DNA of 64,000 nt. Source: an uncultured cyanobacterium. Lineage in GTDB: Bacteria; Cyanobacteriota; Cyanobacteriia; Cyanobacteriales; CAWCAG01. Location of the stretch: contig CAWCAG010000007.1 in the NCBI GenBank assembly GCA_963793425.1, positions 384,001 to 448,000 of the forward strand, written 5' to 3'. Position numbers and translations under genes: made by a program. Below the pieces are notes generated by a model, which saw nothing but the letters and a program-made list of their open reading frames with translations, searched no databases and was not told where the DNA came from. Positions 11,009 through 21,622 of the stretch are shown piece after piece. The number at the start of each line of letters is the position of its first letter. Within the stretch, counting starts at the first letter, position 1.

Positions 11009-11151
11009 CTCTTAATCATCAATCGTTGATATCTCCCTTGCTCATCGATCCCTATCAATGGGATGATGAGTAACAGCCTTGGGGCAATTTTTAGCCATCA
11101 AGTTAAATTCTCACAAATTCTTTTACCTTAGTTCACCTTAATAGAATCAAT

Positions 11152-13152
11152 ATGGTCGTTGCTAGCCAATCACTCGAAGAACTTTGCATCAATTCAATCC
11201 GCTTTCTAGCAATTGATGCTGTAGAAAAGGCAAATTCTGGTCATCCAGGGTTACCTATGGGCGCTGCTCCCATGGCTTTTGTCCTTTGGGATCGCTTCAT
11301 GAAATTTAATCCCAAAAATGATGCCTGGTTCAACCGCGATCGCTTCGTTCTTTCTGCGGGTCACGGTTGTATGTTGCAATACGCTTTATTATATCTTACT
11401 GGTTATGATGGCGTAAGCATTGAAGACATCAAGCAATTTCGTCAGTGGGAATCAAAGACTCCTGGGCATCCAGAAAACTTTATGACCGAAGGGGTAGAAA
11501 TTACTACTGGACCTTTGGGTCAAGGGGTAGCTAATGCTGTCGGTTTAGCTGTAGCAGAAGCTCATTTAGCTGCAAAGTACAACAAGCCTGATAGTAAGAT
11601 TGTAGACCACTACACCTATGTAATTATGGGTGATGGCTGCAACATGGAAGGAGTATCAGGAGAAGCTTGTTCCTTAGCTGGGCATTGGGGCTTAGGCAAG
11701 TTAATCGCTTTTTATGATGATAACCATATTTCTATTGATGGTTCTACAGATTTAGCCTTCACTGAAGATGTCAGTAAGCGTTATGAAGCCTATGGTTGGC
11801 ACGTACAACACGTTGAAGATGGTAATTCAGATTTAGAAGCCATTGCTGAGGCTATTGAAGCAGCTAAAGCGGTTACTGATAAGCCTTCTTTAATTAAAGT
11901 AACCACCACTATTGGTTTTGGCTCTCCTAACAAAGCTAACACCCACGGCGTACACGGTGCTGCTTTAGGGGGAGACGAAGTAGCAGCGACACGGAAACAC
12001 TTAGGTTGGGATCACGAGCCTTTTGTTGTCCCTGATGATGCTCTCAATCACTTCCGCAAAGCTGTAGAGCGGGGTGAATCTGCTGAAGCTGAATGGAATC
12101 AAACTTGGGCAGAATACAAGAAAAAGTATGCTGAAGAAGCTAAAGAGTTTGAGAAAATTGTCCTCAATGGGGAATTACCTGATGGTTGGGCTGATGCTTT
12201 ACCTACCTTTACTCCTGAAGATAAAGCCGTAGCTACCCGTAAGCATTCCAACGCTTGCATTAACGCTTTAGCTCCAGTTTTGACTAACCTCATTGGGGGA
12301 TCTGCTGATTTGGCCCCCTCTAACCTCACCTTAATGGACGTATCGGGAGATTTCCAAAAAGGGCAGTACGAAAATCGCAATGTGCGCTTTGGGGTCAGAG
12401 AACATGGTATGGGGGCAATTTGTAATGGCCTTGCCCTCCATGACTCTGGTTTAATTGCCTACGGTGCTACATTCTTAATCTTCACCGATTATATGCGAGC
12501 AGCCATTCGTTTATCAGCCCTTTCCCAAACTGGGGCTATTTGGGTTATGACCCACGACTCCATCGCTTTAGGAGAAGATGGCCCCACTCACCAACCAGTA
12601 GAAACTATTGCTTCTTTACGGGCAATTCCTGATTTAGTGGTAATTCGTCCTGCTGATGGTAACGAAACCTCTGGTGCTTATAAAATTGCCGTAGAAAATC
12701 GTCATCGTCCTACATTAATGGCCTTTACTCGCCAAGGTTTACCTAACTTGGCTGGTACTTCCATTGAAAATACGGCTAAGGGAGCCTATACTTTGGTTGA
12801 ATGTGATGCTCCTGAGATTATTCTTATTGGTACTGGTAGTGAAGTACATCTTTGTGTAGATGCAGCGAAGAAGCTGAAGGGTGAAGGCAAGAAGGTACGG
12901 GTAGTTTCTATGCCTAGTTGGGAACTATTTGAAGAGCAAGATGATTCTTACAAGGAATCTGTGCTGCCTAAAGCTGTTACCAAACGTTTAGCCGTAGAAG
13001 CCGGAATTAAGTTTGGTTGGGAACGCTACGTTGGTTTTGAAGGGGATACGATTACCGTTGATACCTTCGGTGTATCTTCTCCTGGTGGTTTAGCGATGGA
13101 GAAGTTTGGTTTTACGGTTGATAATGTCGTAGCTAAAGCTAAGGCTCTCTAA
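11152..13152 (+). CDS. tkt: Transketolase
   Basis: [20 protein letters not shown] motif, FGVREHGM and GEDGPTHQP. Confidence 0.98.
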   Translation: MVVASQSLEELCINSIRFLAIDAVEKANSGHPGLPMGAAPMAFVLWDRFMKFNPKNDAWFNRDRFVLSAGHGCMLQYALLYLTGYDGVSIEDIKQFRQWESKTPGHPENFMTEGVEITTGPLGQGVANAVGLAVAEAHLAAKYNKPDSKIVDHYTYVIMGDGCNMEGVSGEACSLAGHWGLGKLIAFYDDNHISIDGSTDLAFTEDVSKRYEAYGWHVQHVEDGNSDLEAIAEAIEAAKAVTDKPSLIKVTTTIGFGSPNKANTHGVHGAALGGDEVAATRKHLGWDHEPFVVPDDALNHFRKAVERGESAEAEWNQTWAEYKKKYAEEAKEFEKIVLNGELPDGWADALPTFTPEDKAVATRKHSNACINALAPVLTNLIGGSADLAPSNLTLMDVSGDFQKGQYENRNVRFGVREHGMGAICNGLALHDSGLIAYGATFLIFTDYMRAAIRLSALSQTGAIWVMTHDSIALGEDGPTHQPVETIASLRAIPDLVVIRPADGNETSGAYKIAVENRHRPTLMAFTRQGLPNLAGTSIENTAKGAYTLVECDAPEIILIGTGSEVHLCVDAAKKLKGEGKKVRVVSMPSWELFEEQDDSYKESVLPKAVTKRLAVEAGIKFGWERYVGFEGDTITVDTFGVSSPGGLAMEKFGFTVDNVVAKAKAL

Positions 13153-13184
13153 AATAAGCAAAAGTTTGGTTAATTTTTAAGGTG

Positions 13185-13208
13185 GGGACACGACTTAGGT
13201 TGTGTCCC
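13185..13208 (+). terminator. Hairpin between convergent tkt and downstream gene
   Basis: GGGACACGAC-ttag-GTTGTGTCCC followed by TTAATTT. Confidence 0.6.
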
Positions 13209-13213
13209 TTAAT

Positions 13214-13873
13214 TTATTGAGATTGTAAATATTGAAGAAACTCTTTTAATTCTTGGTCAGTTAAAGAAGTGCGAGTTCGCTTACCGTAGGTTTGTAGCAA
13301 ATGATCTACCCCTTCCTTTTTTCCCCAGTTTAAGCGTTTCATTTCAATATCAGTTTGAATGATCACATCTGACATATCAATGGGGTTAATTGCTGCTGGT
13401 TTGGTAAATGATTCTTGAGGTGGGGCAGGTACAATTTCTTCTGGTAATGTTTCAGTTGTTACAGAAAAATCAGGAGCCTTTTGAAGGGATTCTGAAGTAA
13501 TCGATTCGGGAATTGTCGATTGGGAATTGGCATGATGAAAAGTAAATTCTTCAACTTTTGCTGCTTTCGTGGGGGTTGGAGTTGAGGCAGAAAAGTTATT
13601 TTGAGGCTGGCTTAATTCAATTTGTGGCTTTGAATCAAAGTTGTCTGTCGAAGTTGAAGTTGAAGTATCAAAGTCAATACCAAGGGCAGCAAAAGCCCTC
13701 TCTCTAGCTTTATCTTCTGCTTTTTCGATGGTTTCAGCAGCAGCTAACCCACTAGCTAAAGTAATCCCTTGATCTTGGATCAAGACTCGTACTAGATACT
13801 GTCCCCGATCAACGGTGACGAATTCACTGAGGAAACTGCCTTGGGGATAGTGAATGCGGAATTGAGTAAACAT
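13214..13873 (-). CDS. Conserved cyanobacterial hypothetical protein
   Basis: Ordered N- and C-terminal domains (QFRIHYPQGSFLSE...; TDIEMKRLNW...TYGKRTR) joined by a low-complexity P/S/T/E linker. Confidence 0.7.
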   Translation of the reverse strand: MFTQFRIHYPQGSFLSEFVTVDRGQYLVRVLIQDQGITLASGLAAAETIEKAEDKARERAFAALGIDFDTSTSTSTDNFDSKPQIELSQPQNNFSASTPTPTKAAKVEEFTFHHANSQSTIPESITSESLQKAPDFSVTTETLPEEIVPAPPQESFTKPAAINPIDMSDVIIQTDIEMKRLNWGKKEGVDHLLQTYGKRTRTSLTDQELKEFLQYLQSQ

Positions 13874-13985
13874 AAGCCTATGATATCAATTATCAGTTAT
13901 CATTTGCGGGGTTTTCTCAAATTAACTGAATCTATGCCAATTTCTTTTCTGTGAGTTTAACGCCAACTCTTTAAAATAAAAGCAA

Positions 13986-14023
13986 ATTGACAGATTGAAT
14001 TACCACAGATTCAATCTGTCAAT
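13986..14023 (-). terminator. Stem-loop downstream of petJ
   Basis: Perfect 15-bp inverted repeat ATTGACAGATTGAAT...ATTCAATCTGTCAAT. Confidence 0.65.
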
Positions 14024-14039
14024 CTTGGGCTGAATTTAT

Positions 14040-14372
14040 TTACCAGCCTTGGTCAGCCTTGTCTAAAACATAAGCTGCCACGTTTTCAATTTGTTCTGCA
14101 CTCAACTTACCCCGGAAAGCTGGCATAGCCATTTTGCCATTGGTGACTTGTGTGATAATTGCCTCTTCGGAGTACATACCGTATTTTTCTAAGTCGCCTT
14201 TGTTGAGGGTTTTAGCGCCGTTAATGACATTTCTGCCCCCCATATGACAAGCTGCACAGTTGGCACTGAATATTTGAGCCCCCTTAGCTGCATCCCCAGC
14301 ATAGGCAGGATTTGCCCAGGCTAGGCAAAATAGGGCGACCCCTAGCCAAATAAATGATAAAACTTTCTTCAA
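14040..14372 (-). CDS. petJ: Cytochrome c6
   Basis: Probable TTG start at 14372 behind GAGAGG; signal peptide ending AYA; haem motif CAACH; axial Met in AMPAF. Confidence 0.93.
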   Translation of the reverse strand: MKKVLSFIWLGVALFCLAWANPAYAGDAAKGAQIFSANCAACHMGGRNVINGAKTLNKGDLEKYGMYSEEAIITQVTNGKMAMPAFRGKLSAEQIENVAAYVLDKADQGW

Positions 14373-14476
14373 AAGTGCTTTCCTCTCTTTGATATAGGTC
14401 ATATTTCCATTTTTGCCAAAGTGGATATGAGAGTCAAAAGACAGGCTGTCATACTTGTAAGCTAGAAGCAGAATCA

Positions 14477-15766
14477 TTACAACAAACGTAACTGAGTTTT
14501 CTGGGATTTAACTCCTAGGGTAACTTCTTCTTCAAAAATACTTTCTAAATCATTATTCATCAAAAGTTGTGCTGCTTCCACCATATCTGTGGCAATATCT
14601 TTTAAATCTTCTCGATTGGTTAAATAAGTTTGCAACGCTGCTAAAGGATCTAAACTATTGCCTTCTCCTAATTCTGGAACGCGAGGACGGGCTAATTGAC
14701 TAACTAATTCGGGACGAATTGTATAACTGTGTGCTTCTTCTAAGGCTGCGTGTAAAGAGGAAGTATTAATTAAGTCTAATTGTTCAGAACGGAGTCGGTA
14801 AATTAGTCTTACTACTGCTTGAGAAATTTTGTTTTTACCAATAACTTCTACAATAGCGGTTTCGGGATCTTCTGCTTGAGAAACATCTACATCAATGGTA
14901 CAAAAATCTCGCACTTTTAAAGGGCAAAATTGCCAATCAACTTGCCCTTTTTTGATTTCAATAAATATGTAACCTTTGTCTTCTTTTTCCTCAGAAAAAT
15001 CCACCCTTTCAATACTACCAGGATAAACAATGGGAGGATTATTGGACTTATTTAAGTTTTGGTGTTTGTGGACATGACCCAAGGCCACATAATCAAATTC
15101 AGGACGAGTTAGCAAGGAAATAGGCAAAGTAAAACCTTTACCTACTGCTAAGAAACGTTCTGCCCCCAAATTTGCTCTGTCTGCCATTAAATGCCCTAAC
15201 AAAATGGTTGGCAATTGTGGATCTAGACGGCGAATTTCCCCTTCTAAAACAGGTTCGAGGCGTTTGATTAATAACTCATTAACCTCTGCTAAAGATAGTC
15301 CTTCGGTTTCTGGGCGAGTGATTAATGTAGAACGAGTTAACCAAGGTAAAGTAATAATTTGAATTGCCCCATGAGGGGTATCAATGCGATGGGTTTTGAT
15401 ACTATCCCCAACCACAAATCCTGGTACACCCAAGGTACGATAAATACATAAACTTGCCCCGCCATTTCCTTGGGAATGTTGGTCATGGTTTCCTACTAAT
15501 AAAACCGTAGGAATTTGGGCATCTGCTAAGCGGCGAAATTGTCTGGCAAAAGCTTCTTGAACATAAGGAGGAGGAGTTGCATCAGGGAAAGCATCTCCTC
15601 CGAATAATACCAAATCAACTGACTCATCAATTGCCCGATCTAAACATTTGCTTAAGGTAGAAATAAAATCTTCTAACCTGGTGTTTAAACCCGTTTCTGG
15701 GTTGACTTTTCCTTGGGAAAAACTGCTTCCCATGTGAATGTCTGATAAGTGCAGAATTTTGATCAT
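14477..15766 (-). CDS. sbcD: Nuclease SbcCD subunit D
   Basis: Metallophosphoesterase motifs HLSDIH, GD, GNHD, ALGHVH and YPGS. Confidence 0.93.
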   Translation of the reverse strand: MIKILHLSDIHMGSSFSQGKVNPETGLNTRLEDFISTLSKCLDRAIDESVDLVLFGGDAFPDATPPPYVQEAFARQFRRLADAQIPTVLLVGNHDQHSQGNGGASLCIYRTLGVPGFVVGDSIKTHRIDTPHGAIQIITLPWLTRSTLITRPETEGLSLAEVNELLIKRLEPVLEGEIRRLDPQLPTILLGHLMADRANLGAERFLAVGKGFTLPISLLTRPEFDYVALGHVHKHQNLNKSNNPPIVYPGSIERVDFSEEKEDKGYIFIEIKKGQVDWQFCPLKVRDFCTIDVDVSQAEDPETAIVEVIGKNKISQAVVRLIYRLRSEQLDLINTSSLHAALEEAHSYTIRPELVSQLARPRVPELGEGNSLDPLAALQTYLTNREDLKDIATDMVEAAQLLMNNDLESIFEEEVTLGVKSQKTQLRLL

Positions 15767-15888
15767 TACTTAAGAATTAAGGGAGAGAGTAGGGGCAACC
15801 TGTTTTCCAAATATTGTTAACAAATCAGGGTTTAAATTGGGTCGCCCTTAATAGGGAATAGGGAGTGGGAAGCGGCTAGAAAAGTTGC

Positions 15889-16623
15889 TTAAAAAATATG
15901 AATTCCGCTACCCATTTGATAACCTCCTTGCCAAAAATCTGTCCCTTCGTTTTCTTCAGGTTCAACTTTATTGGTTAAGGGTTGGTCGCTAATATCAGAA
16001 TAACCTTCATCATGGAGAGGGTTGTAAATTAAGTCAAACTCATAAGCATAAGCCCAACTTTCTGCCCTCGTCCAATTAGCTAAGGGATTAATTTTTAGCC
16101 TTCCTTGACTATCAAGTTCCAAGATGGGCATCTTCCCTTGATTTTCTGACTGGCTGCGACGACGACTAGTAATCCAAGCTTGGGTATTTAGTTCTTGCAA
16201 AGCTTGTTGTAAAGGTCTAACCCTAGTTAAGCGGATGAATTTATCCAGATTCTTTTCCCAGAGGTTTTTCCCGTACTTAGCCGCAAAATCTACTGCAGAA
16301 TCTACCCCCGCCATCTGATTGACTTGCAAGTCTAAGCCATAAAGAGACTTAGCTTGTTTAACCAGTTGTAGGGTTTCTGAGAAGTGGTGCAAAGTATCCA
16401 CAAATAACACAGTTACAGGGAGTTCGGGACGCAAATAACGATAAAGAAGATCAGTAATGACTAGATCATCTATATCAAAGCTACTTGCTTGCACCAGTCC
16501 GGTGGGAAAAAAATTAGTAGACCACGACAAAATTTCTTTTGGATGGAGGTGTTCAAACTTGCTGTTTAATCTTTCTAAATCTAGGTCGGAAATTCTCACT
16601 GGCAGAGGTGCGGTTTGAGTCAT
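15889..16623 (-). CDS. PAPS/APS reductase (CysH)-like protein lacking the catalytic Cys
   Basis: FVDTLHHFSETL, KINPLANW and YNPLHDEGY are CysH motifs, but the C-terminus reads GSGIH instead of ECG(I/L)H. Confidence 0.8.
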   Translation of the reverse strand: MTQTAPLPVRISDLDLERLNSKFEHLHPKEILSWSTNFFPTGLVQASSFDIDDLVITDLLYRYLRPELPVTVLFVDTLHHFSETLQLVKQAKSLYGLDLQVNQMAGVDSAVDFAAKYGKNLWEKNLDKFIRLTRVRPLQQALQELNTQAWITSRRRSQSENQGKMPILELDSQGRLKINPLANWTRAESWAYAYEFDLIYNPLHDEGYSDISDQPLTNKVEPEENEGTDFWQGGYQMGSGIHIF

Positions 16624-16856
16624 ATTACTTACCCTGAGATGGAATTGCGTTTTTCGACTTTGTAAATTTTAACTTATTCAAGACATATATTCCGAGGGGA
16701 AAACCGTAATTAAATGATAAATTGATGAACAATTAACTATGAATGATTAAGCAGGGAGATTTTTGTCAGGGTAATGTCTACCCTAGAAGTCTCAGTAAAC
16801 TACAAACAAGAACTAACCTTGTGTCAGAATTAGGACTTGTTATCAAGTTTGCTTTT

Positions 16857-17120
16857 ATGGCTATGGAAATAATTTTGTATAGTAAGCCGGGATGCCATCT
16901 TTGTGTGGGGCTGCAAGAAAAGCTAGAACAGATAGAGGATCTAAACTTTGAATTGCAAATAAGAGATATAACTACCAGCCCGGAATGGTTCGCCGCTTAT
17001 CAATATGAAGTACCTGTTTTGTGTCGCTTGCATTCAGGTAAAGAAGAAATGTTACCTCGCCTTTCTCCTCGTTCCTCTGTTAAACAAGTGAAACAGATGT
17101 TACAGAAATTTTCAGGGTAA
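16857..17120 (+). CDS. Glutaredoxin-like (DUF836) protein
   Basis: ILYSKPGCHLC CxxC motif and YQYEVPVL cis-Pro loop. Confidence 0.85.
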   Translation: MAMEIILYSKPGCHLCVGLQEKLEQIEDLNFELQIRDITTSPEWFAAYQYEVPVLCRLHSGKEEMLPRLSPRSSVKQVKQMLQKFSG

Positions 17121-17167
17121 TCTTGATCAAATATAGATAAAATTCTAGGATGTGAGGATTTAATGCC

Positions 17168-18651
17168 ATGAAGTTAAGGGAGTTGTTGGGCAGAATTTCT
17201 GGGGCTGTTAAAGTAGCAGCAAATTGTCACCAAGATGTTGAAGTAAAAGGACTCTCTACTAATTCCCATGCTTGCCAAGCAGGTGATCTATTTATTGGGA
17301 TGCCAGGAACAAGGGTAGATGGAGGGGAATTTTGGCAAGTGCGATCGCAACGGGGGCTGTGGCAGCTTTGATTAGTCCTCAAGCAGGAGAAAAAAAGCCT
17401 CCTGGTACAGAAGATTGTGTGGTGATAGTAGAGGATCTAGTTGCTGCTTGTGCTGCTGTGGCAGCATTTTTTTATGATAATCCTAGTCAGAAATTAAACA
17501 TGGTAGGAGTTACAGGGACTAATGGCAAAACCACTACTACCCATTTAATTGAGTTTCTTCTCCATCAAGCAGAATTACCCACTGCCTTACTCGGAACTCT
17601 TTATTCTCGCTGGCCTGGTTTTTCTCAAACTGCTACCCATACAACCCCTTTTGCCGTGACATTACAAGAACAATTAGCCCAAGCCGTTGCAGCGGGTAGT
17701 GACTATGGGGTGATGGAAGTTAGTTCCCATGCTTTGTCTCAAGGCAGGGTAAAAGAATGTCATTTTGAGGTGGCTGTTTTCACTAACTTAACCCAAGACC
17801 ATTTGGATTATCATCAGAATATGGAGGACTATTTTGAGGCAAAGGCTCTATTATTTAGCCAGGAATATCTCCAAAGTAAAGGAATTATCAACCTTGATGA
17901 TGCTTATGGTAGGCGTTTAATTGAACGAGTTGGTAAGGGCAGAGTTTGGAGTTATAGCATCACTAACCCTGAAGCAGATTTATACACCAGTAACTTAACC
18001 TACGAACCCAACGGGGTCAAAGGGACTTTACATACTCCCCAAGGTGAAATTGCTTTTACTTCTCCTTTAGTGGGGCAATTTAACCTCGCTAATCTCCTCG
18101 CTGCGGTGGGAACTCTTTTACATTTAGATTTAGATTTAGCTAAAATCGTCGCTGCTTTACCAAATTTCCCTGGAGTACCTGGGCGTATGGAAAGGGTACA
18201 AGTTAGCCCAGATCAAGATATTAGTGTGATTGTGGATTATGCCCATACCCCTGACAGTTTAGAAAACTTAATCAAAGCAGCAAAACCTTTTATTAATGGT
18301 CAAGTAATTTGTGTTTTTGGTTGTGGAGGCGATCGCGACAGAACAAAACGCCCTTTAATGGGTAAAATTGCTGCTGAGTTAGCAGATGTAGCCGTGGTAA
18401 CATCCGATAACCCCCGTACAGAAGACCCTGAAAGGATTTTAGCCGATGTCTTAGAGGGAATTCCTGCGACAAGAGAACCAATGGTAATTTGCGATCGCGC
18501 CACCGCTATTCACCAAGCAATTAAGGAAGCGAAACCAGGAGACGGGGTTCTAATTGCGGGGAAAGGTCACGAAGACTACCAAATTTTAGGGACAGAGAAA
18601 ATTCATTTTGATGATAGGGAACAAGCGAGGGAAGCTTTGCAAAAGAGATAG
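17168..18651 (+). CDS. murE: UDP-MurNAc-tripeptide synthetase (single-base frameshift at about 17338, probably a sequence error)
   Basis: Two adjacent ORFs join as EFWQ-SAIATG if one A is added. Motifs GVTGTNGKTT, TNLTQDHLDYH, DYAHTPD, DNPR and GKGHE. Confidence 0.95.
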
Positions 18652-18706
18652 GTTAAGCATTAGGCATTACCTACCACCTATTGGGGCAAGGTAATAGGTA
18701 ACAGGT

Positions 18707-19090
18707 AATGACGCAATGTGCAACTTGATCGGTGGTCTATTTTAATAGACTTGAGGTATTAGCCAGGAACTTAAGTTCCTGTCAGGCTGTCGGGCTGGCG
18801 GGCTAGCGCATAATTCCCCTCTTCCCCTCCTCCCATAGACCACCAAGAAATTAATTTCTTGGCTAATATACAAAGTCCTCTAAACAGGACTAATAGCATC
18901 AAGTAACCAATTGTAGGAAAAAGATTAGACAAGATAAGCTGTCAGGTATTTAGATTGTTTTGCTAGGGTAGGGGAGTAGGGAGTAGAGAGTAGGGAGCAG
19001 TAAAGACATTGGGAAGAAATTTAGTTAAAGCCAAAAATCCCAGTTTAAATGCGTCTTAGCTTACTAGATTTAGTTGCACATCACGTTAAT
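18707..19090. mobile_element. Nested MITE / small dispersed repeat mosaic
   Basis: Outer imperfect inverted repeats AATGACGCAATGTGCAACT / AGTTGCACATCACGTTAAT. Inside are an inverted pair of double-palindrome units (18735-18780, 18843-18891) and a second element with TAAGCT...TATTTAGATTG / CAGTTTAAATGC...AGCTTA ends (18935-19063). Confidence 0.55.
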
Positions 19091-19161
19091 GGGTAATAGG
19101 TGAAAATTAGAGCTTATTTTAGTTGACTCAATAATATGTTGTTTAAATACCTAAAAGCTTG

Positions 19162-19189
19162 TTACTTATTACTTATTACTTATTACTTA
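19162..19189. repeat. Heptameric short tandem repeat (TTACTTA)4; related tracts elsewhere
   Basis: Direct heptamer repeats typical of cyanobacterial intergenic DNA; related tracts lie at about 3340-3385, 9135-9170, 9691-9730, 28020-28050, 30918-30946 and 47428-47455. Confidence 0.8.
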
Positions 19190-19196
19190 ACTTGCA

Positions 19197-20192
19197 ATGA
19201 CTGCAACTTGGACAAAAAAACACATCCTTTCCTTGGCTAACTTTTCCCCTCCGGAATACAACACCGTCTTGCAAACTGCAGCCAGTTTTCGGGAAGTACT
19301 CTCACGGCGGATGAAGAAAGTTCCTACCTTACAAGGACAAGTGGTCGCTAACCTCTTTTTTGAACCTTCTACCCGTACCCGTAGCAGCTTTGAACTTGCT
19401 GCGAAACGCCTCTCCGCCGACACTCTCAATTTTGCCCCAGGAAGTTCTTCTTTAACCAAAGGAGAAACCATTCTTGATACGGCCAAAACTTATCTGGCTA
19501 TGGGGGCAAACATGATGGTAATTCGCCATCGCGAAGCAGGAGTTCCCCAAACCATCGCCGCAGAGATGGATCGTTTGGGAGTGCAAGTTGGTATCCTCAA
19601 TGCTGGGGACGGACAACACGAACATCCTTCCCAAGCTTTATTAGATTTATTCACCATTTGTTGTTGTTTGGATTCTCAACAACCTCGCCTTGAACTACTA
19701 AAAGGGAAAAAGATTGCCATTGTGGGAGATATTGTTCACTCACGGGTTGCGAGATCCAACCTTTGGAGTTTAACGGCGGCGGGGGTAGAAGTACATTTAG
19801 CTGGCCCTCCTACCCTTGTTCCTAGGCTATTTGCTGATGCTGCCTACTTCGGTGGTGATTTTATTGCCCCTCAGCTACACTGGCAAATTGAACCCGCTTT
19901 GCAAAATGCAGATTTTGTGATGACTTTGCGTTTACAAAAAGAACGTATGACTCAAAACCTGTTACCCAGCTTGCGAGAATATCATCAACGCTATGGCATT
20001 ACCAGGAACCGCCTGAAGTTATGCCAACCAGAAGTTAAAGTTTTGCATCCCGGCCCCACTAACCGGGGAGTAGAAATAAGTTCCGATCTTATGGATGATC
20101 CTCAATACAGCTTGATTCCTCACCAAGTTACTAGTGGCGTGGCTGTAAGGATGGCCCTTTTATATCTGATGGGAAGCGGCAGAAATCTTTGA
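19197..20192 (+). CDS. pyrB: Aspartate carbamoyltransferase catalytic subunit
   Basis: [35 protein letters not shown] and HPGP. Confidence 0.97.
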   Translation: MTATWTKKHILSLANFSPPEYNTVLQTAASFREVLSRRMKKVPTLQGQVVANLFFEPSTRTRSSFELAAKRLSADTLNFAPGSSSLTKGETILDTAKTYLAMGANMMVIRHREAGVPQTIAAEMDRLGVQVGILNAGDGQHEHPSQALLDLFTICCCLDSQQPRLELLKGKKIAIVGDIVHSRVARSNLWSLTAAGVEVHLAGPPTLVPRLFADAAYFGGDFIAPQLHWQIEPALQNADFVMTLRLQKERMTQNLLPSLREYHQRYGITRNRLKLCQPEVKVLHPGPTNRGVEISSDLMDDPQYSLIPHQVTSGVAVRMALLYLMGSGRNL

Positions 20193-20559
20193 GATAAGTA
20201 ATAGTTTGGCTAAAGGCAATTTACTATTAAAATTATTGAATTTACATAACTTCAACTTAAAATTTGTCAAGTCCAGAAAGACTTCTCAAACGACGCATTT
20301 GTGTGGTTTAATAGAAAAATCAAAAAATCATACTCCCCCTCTTGTATTCAAAATTAAGCTTCAATCTCTACAACCTAGATAAACCGTTGATTAAGCCACT
20401 GTTTTACCTCAAAATCATAGCTAGCTCAAGTTCTTGGTTGCACAAATTTTGAGGCGATTTTCAAAGTTTTTTTGACAAATACGGCTTTTTGTAGTAGAGA
20501 AAATTAAATCAGCAAAAGTAGAGTAAGCGAAAAACAATAGAAGGCTACTCAATTAAACG

Positions 20560-21159
20560 ATGAATAATGAAGTGGTTAATTCTCAATTTATACAAATTAA
20601 AGGGACAAAAATTCATTACCTGGAAACAGGAGAAACAGACGCGCCGCCTATATTATTTTTACATGGAGCCAGTTTTCGCGCTCAAACTTGGCAGGATCTT
20701 GGTAGTTTGCAACTTGTAGCGGAAAAAGGATATCGGGGGGTTGCTTTGGATTTACCAGGATATGGTGAATCAGGGGTTTTATCGGGTTCCCGTGAAGAAT
20801 TTTTATTACAGTTTATTGAAGCCTTGAACCTCAAGTTACCTATAGTTATTTCCCCTTCGATGAGTGGTGGTTACAGTTTGCCTTTTTTGGTTAACCACCC
20901 CCAAAAGCTACGAGGTTTCGTTCCTGTGGCCCCTGTGGGAATTTCTCGTTATGGGGAACAACTTAAAGGTATAGAAGTACCAACTTTGGCGATTTGGGGT
21001 AGTAATGACCGGATTGTACCAGTTGCTCAAGCAGATTTTTTGGTGGAAGTTTTGGTTAATAGCAAGAAGTTAGTTTTACAAAATGCAGGCCATGCTTGTT
21101 ATATGCGGGCGACGGCAGAATTTCATCAGCATTTACTGGATTTTATTGCTACTTGCTGA
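20560..21159 (+). CDS. Alpha/beta hydrolase (ABHD14-like)
   Basis: FLHGA oxyanion loop, DLPGYG, nucleophile SPSMSG, and catalytic His in AGHACY. Confidence 0.88.
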   Translation: MNNEVVNSQFIQIKGTKIHYLETGETDAPPILFLHGASFRAQTWQDLGSLQLVAEKGYRGVALDLPGYGESGVLSGSREEFLLQFIEALNLKLPIVISPSMSGGYSLPFLVNHPQKLRGFVPVAPVGISRYGEQLKGIEVPTLAIWGSNDRIVPVAQADFLVEVLVNSKKLVLQNAGHACYMRATAEFHQHLLDFIATC

Positions 21160-21205
21160 AATGATAAATGATATATATATCTGATTAAGATAGCTAATTT
21201 TATCC

Positions 21206-21586
21206 ATGCTTAAGGAAATACTCCCTTTTCAAGTTGATTTAAATACAGTGGCGATCGCAGGTACTTGTTTATGGTCTTTGGCGCTGTACCTGGCTTTTGC
21301 GACAATGAGGGAGTGGATTACTCTGCAATTGGAACGCTGGTTTAATTTTGCTGAGCGATCGCTGTATACTTCAGCAGAGGAGTTTGAAAGAACTCGCCGG
21401 GCCAGAGAGTCACAAAATGCTTTTTACGCTTCTTTGTTTAGTATTTTGCCTTTTTTTGTATTGGGATGTCTGTTTAACTTTGGTGTGGAATGGAGTTTAG
21501 GCCCCAGTTGGGCTGTGAGTATGGGAATTTTGGCTTGTATGGGTTGTGGGGTTTATGAGTTAGGGCGCAGAGACGCGGAACAATGA
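21206..21586 (+). CDS. Conserved cyanobacterial membrane protein
   Basis: 126 aa with three hydrophobic segments; motifs WFNFAERSLY...EFERTR and GVYELGR. Confidence 0.75.
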   Translation: MLKEILPFQVDLNTVAIAGTCLWSLALYLAFATMREWITLQLERWFNFAERSLYTSAEEFERTRRARESQNAFYASLFSILPFFVLGCLFNFGVEWSLGPSWAVSMGILACMGCGVYELGRRDAEQ

Positions 21587-21622
21587 GCAATGTAGCGACC
21601 TGTTTTCGTGGTATTTTCGCCC

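Noticed and set aside
14373..14477. N-terminal extensions given by the ORF track for petJ (also pdhA, DUF1815, porin, DUF3288, tnpA)
   Set aside because: Downstream starts fit the RBS position and family N-termini better.
6129..18651. pdhA and murE as true pseudogenes or programmed frameshifts
   Set aside because: Both are core genes with a single indel, no other decay and no slippery-site signal; sequence error is more parsimonious.
20200..20555. Possible MITE or CRISPR-leader-like region between pyrB and the hydrolase (ATTTGTCAA...TTGACAAAT, CCTCAAAAT...ATTTTGAGG)
   Set aside because: The inverted repeats are only 9 bp in AT-rich DNA, with no target duplication or adjacent repeats.
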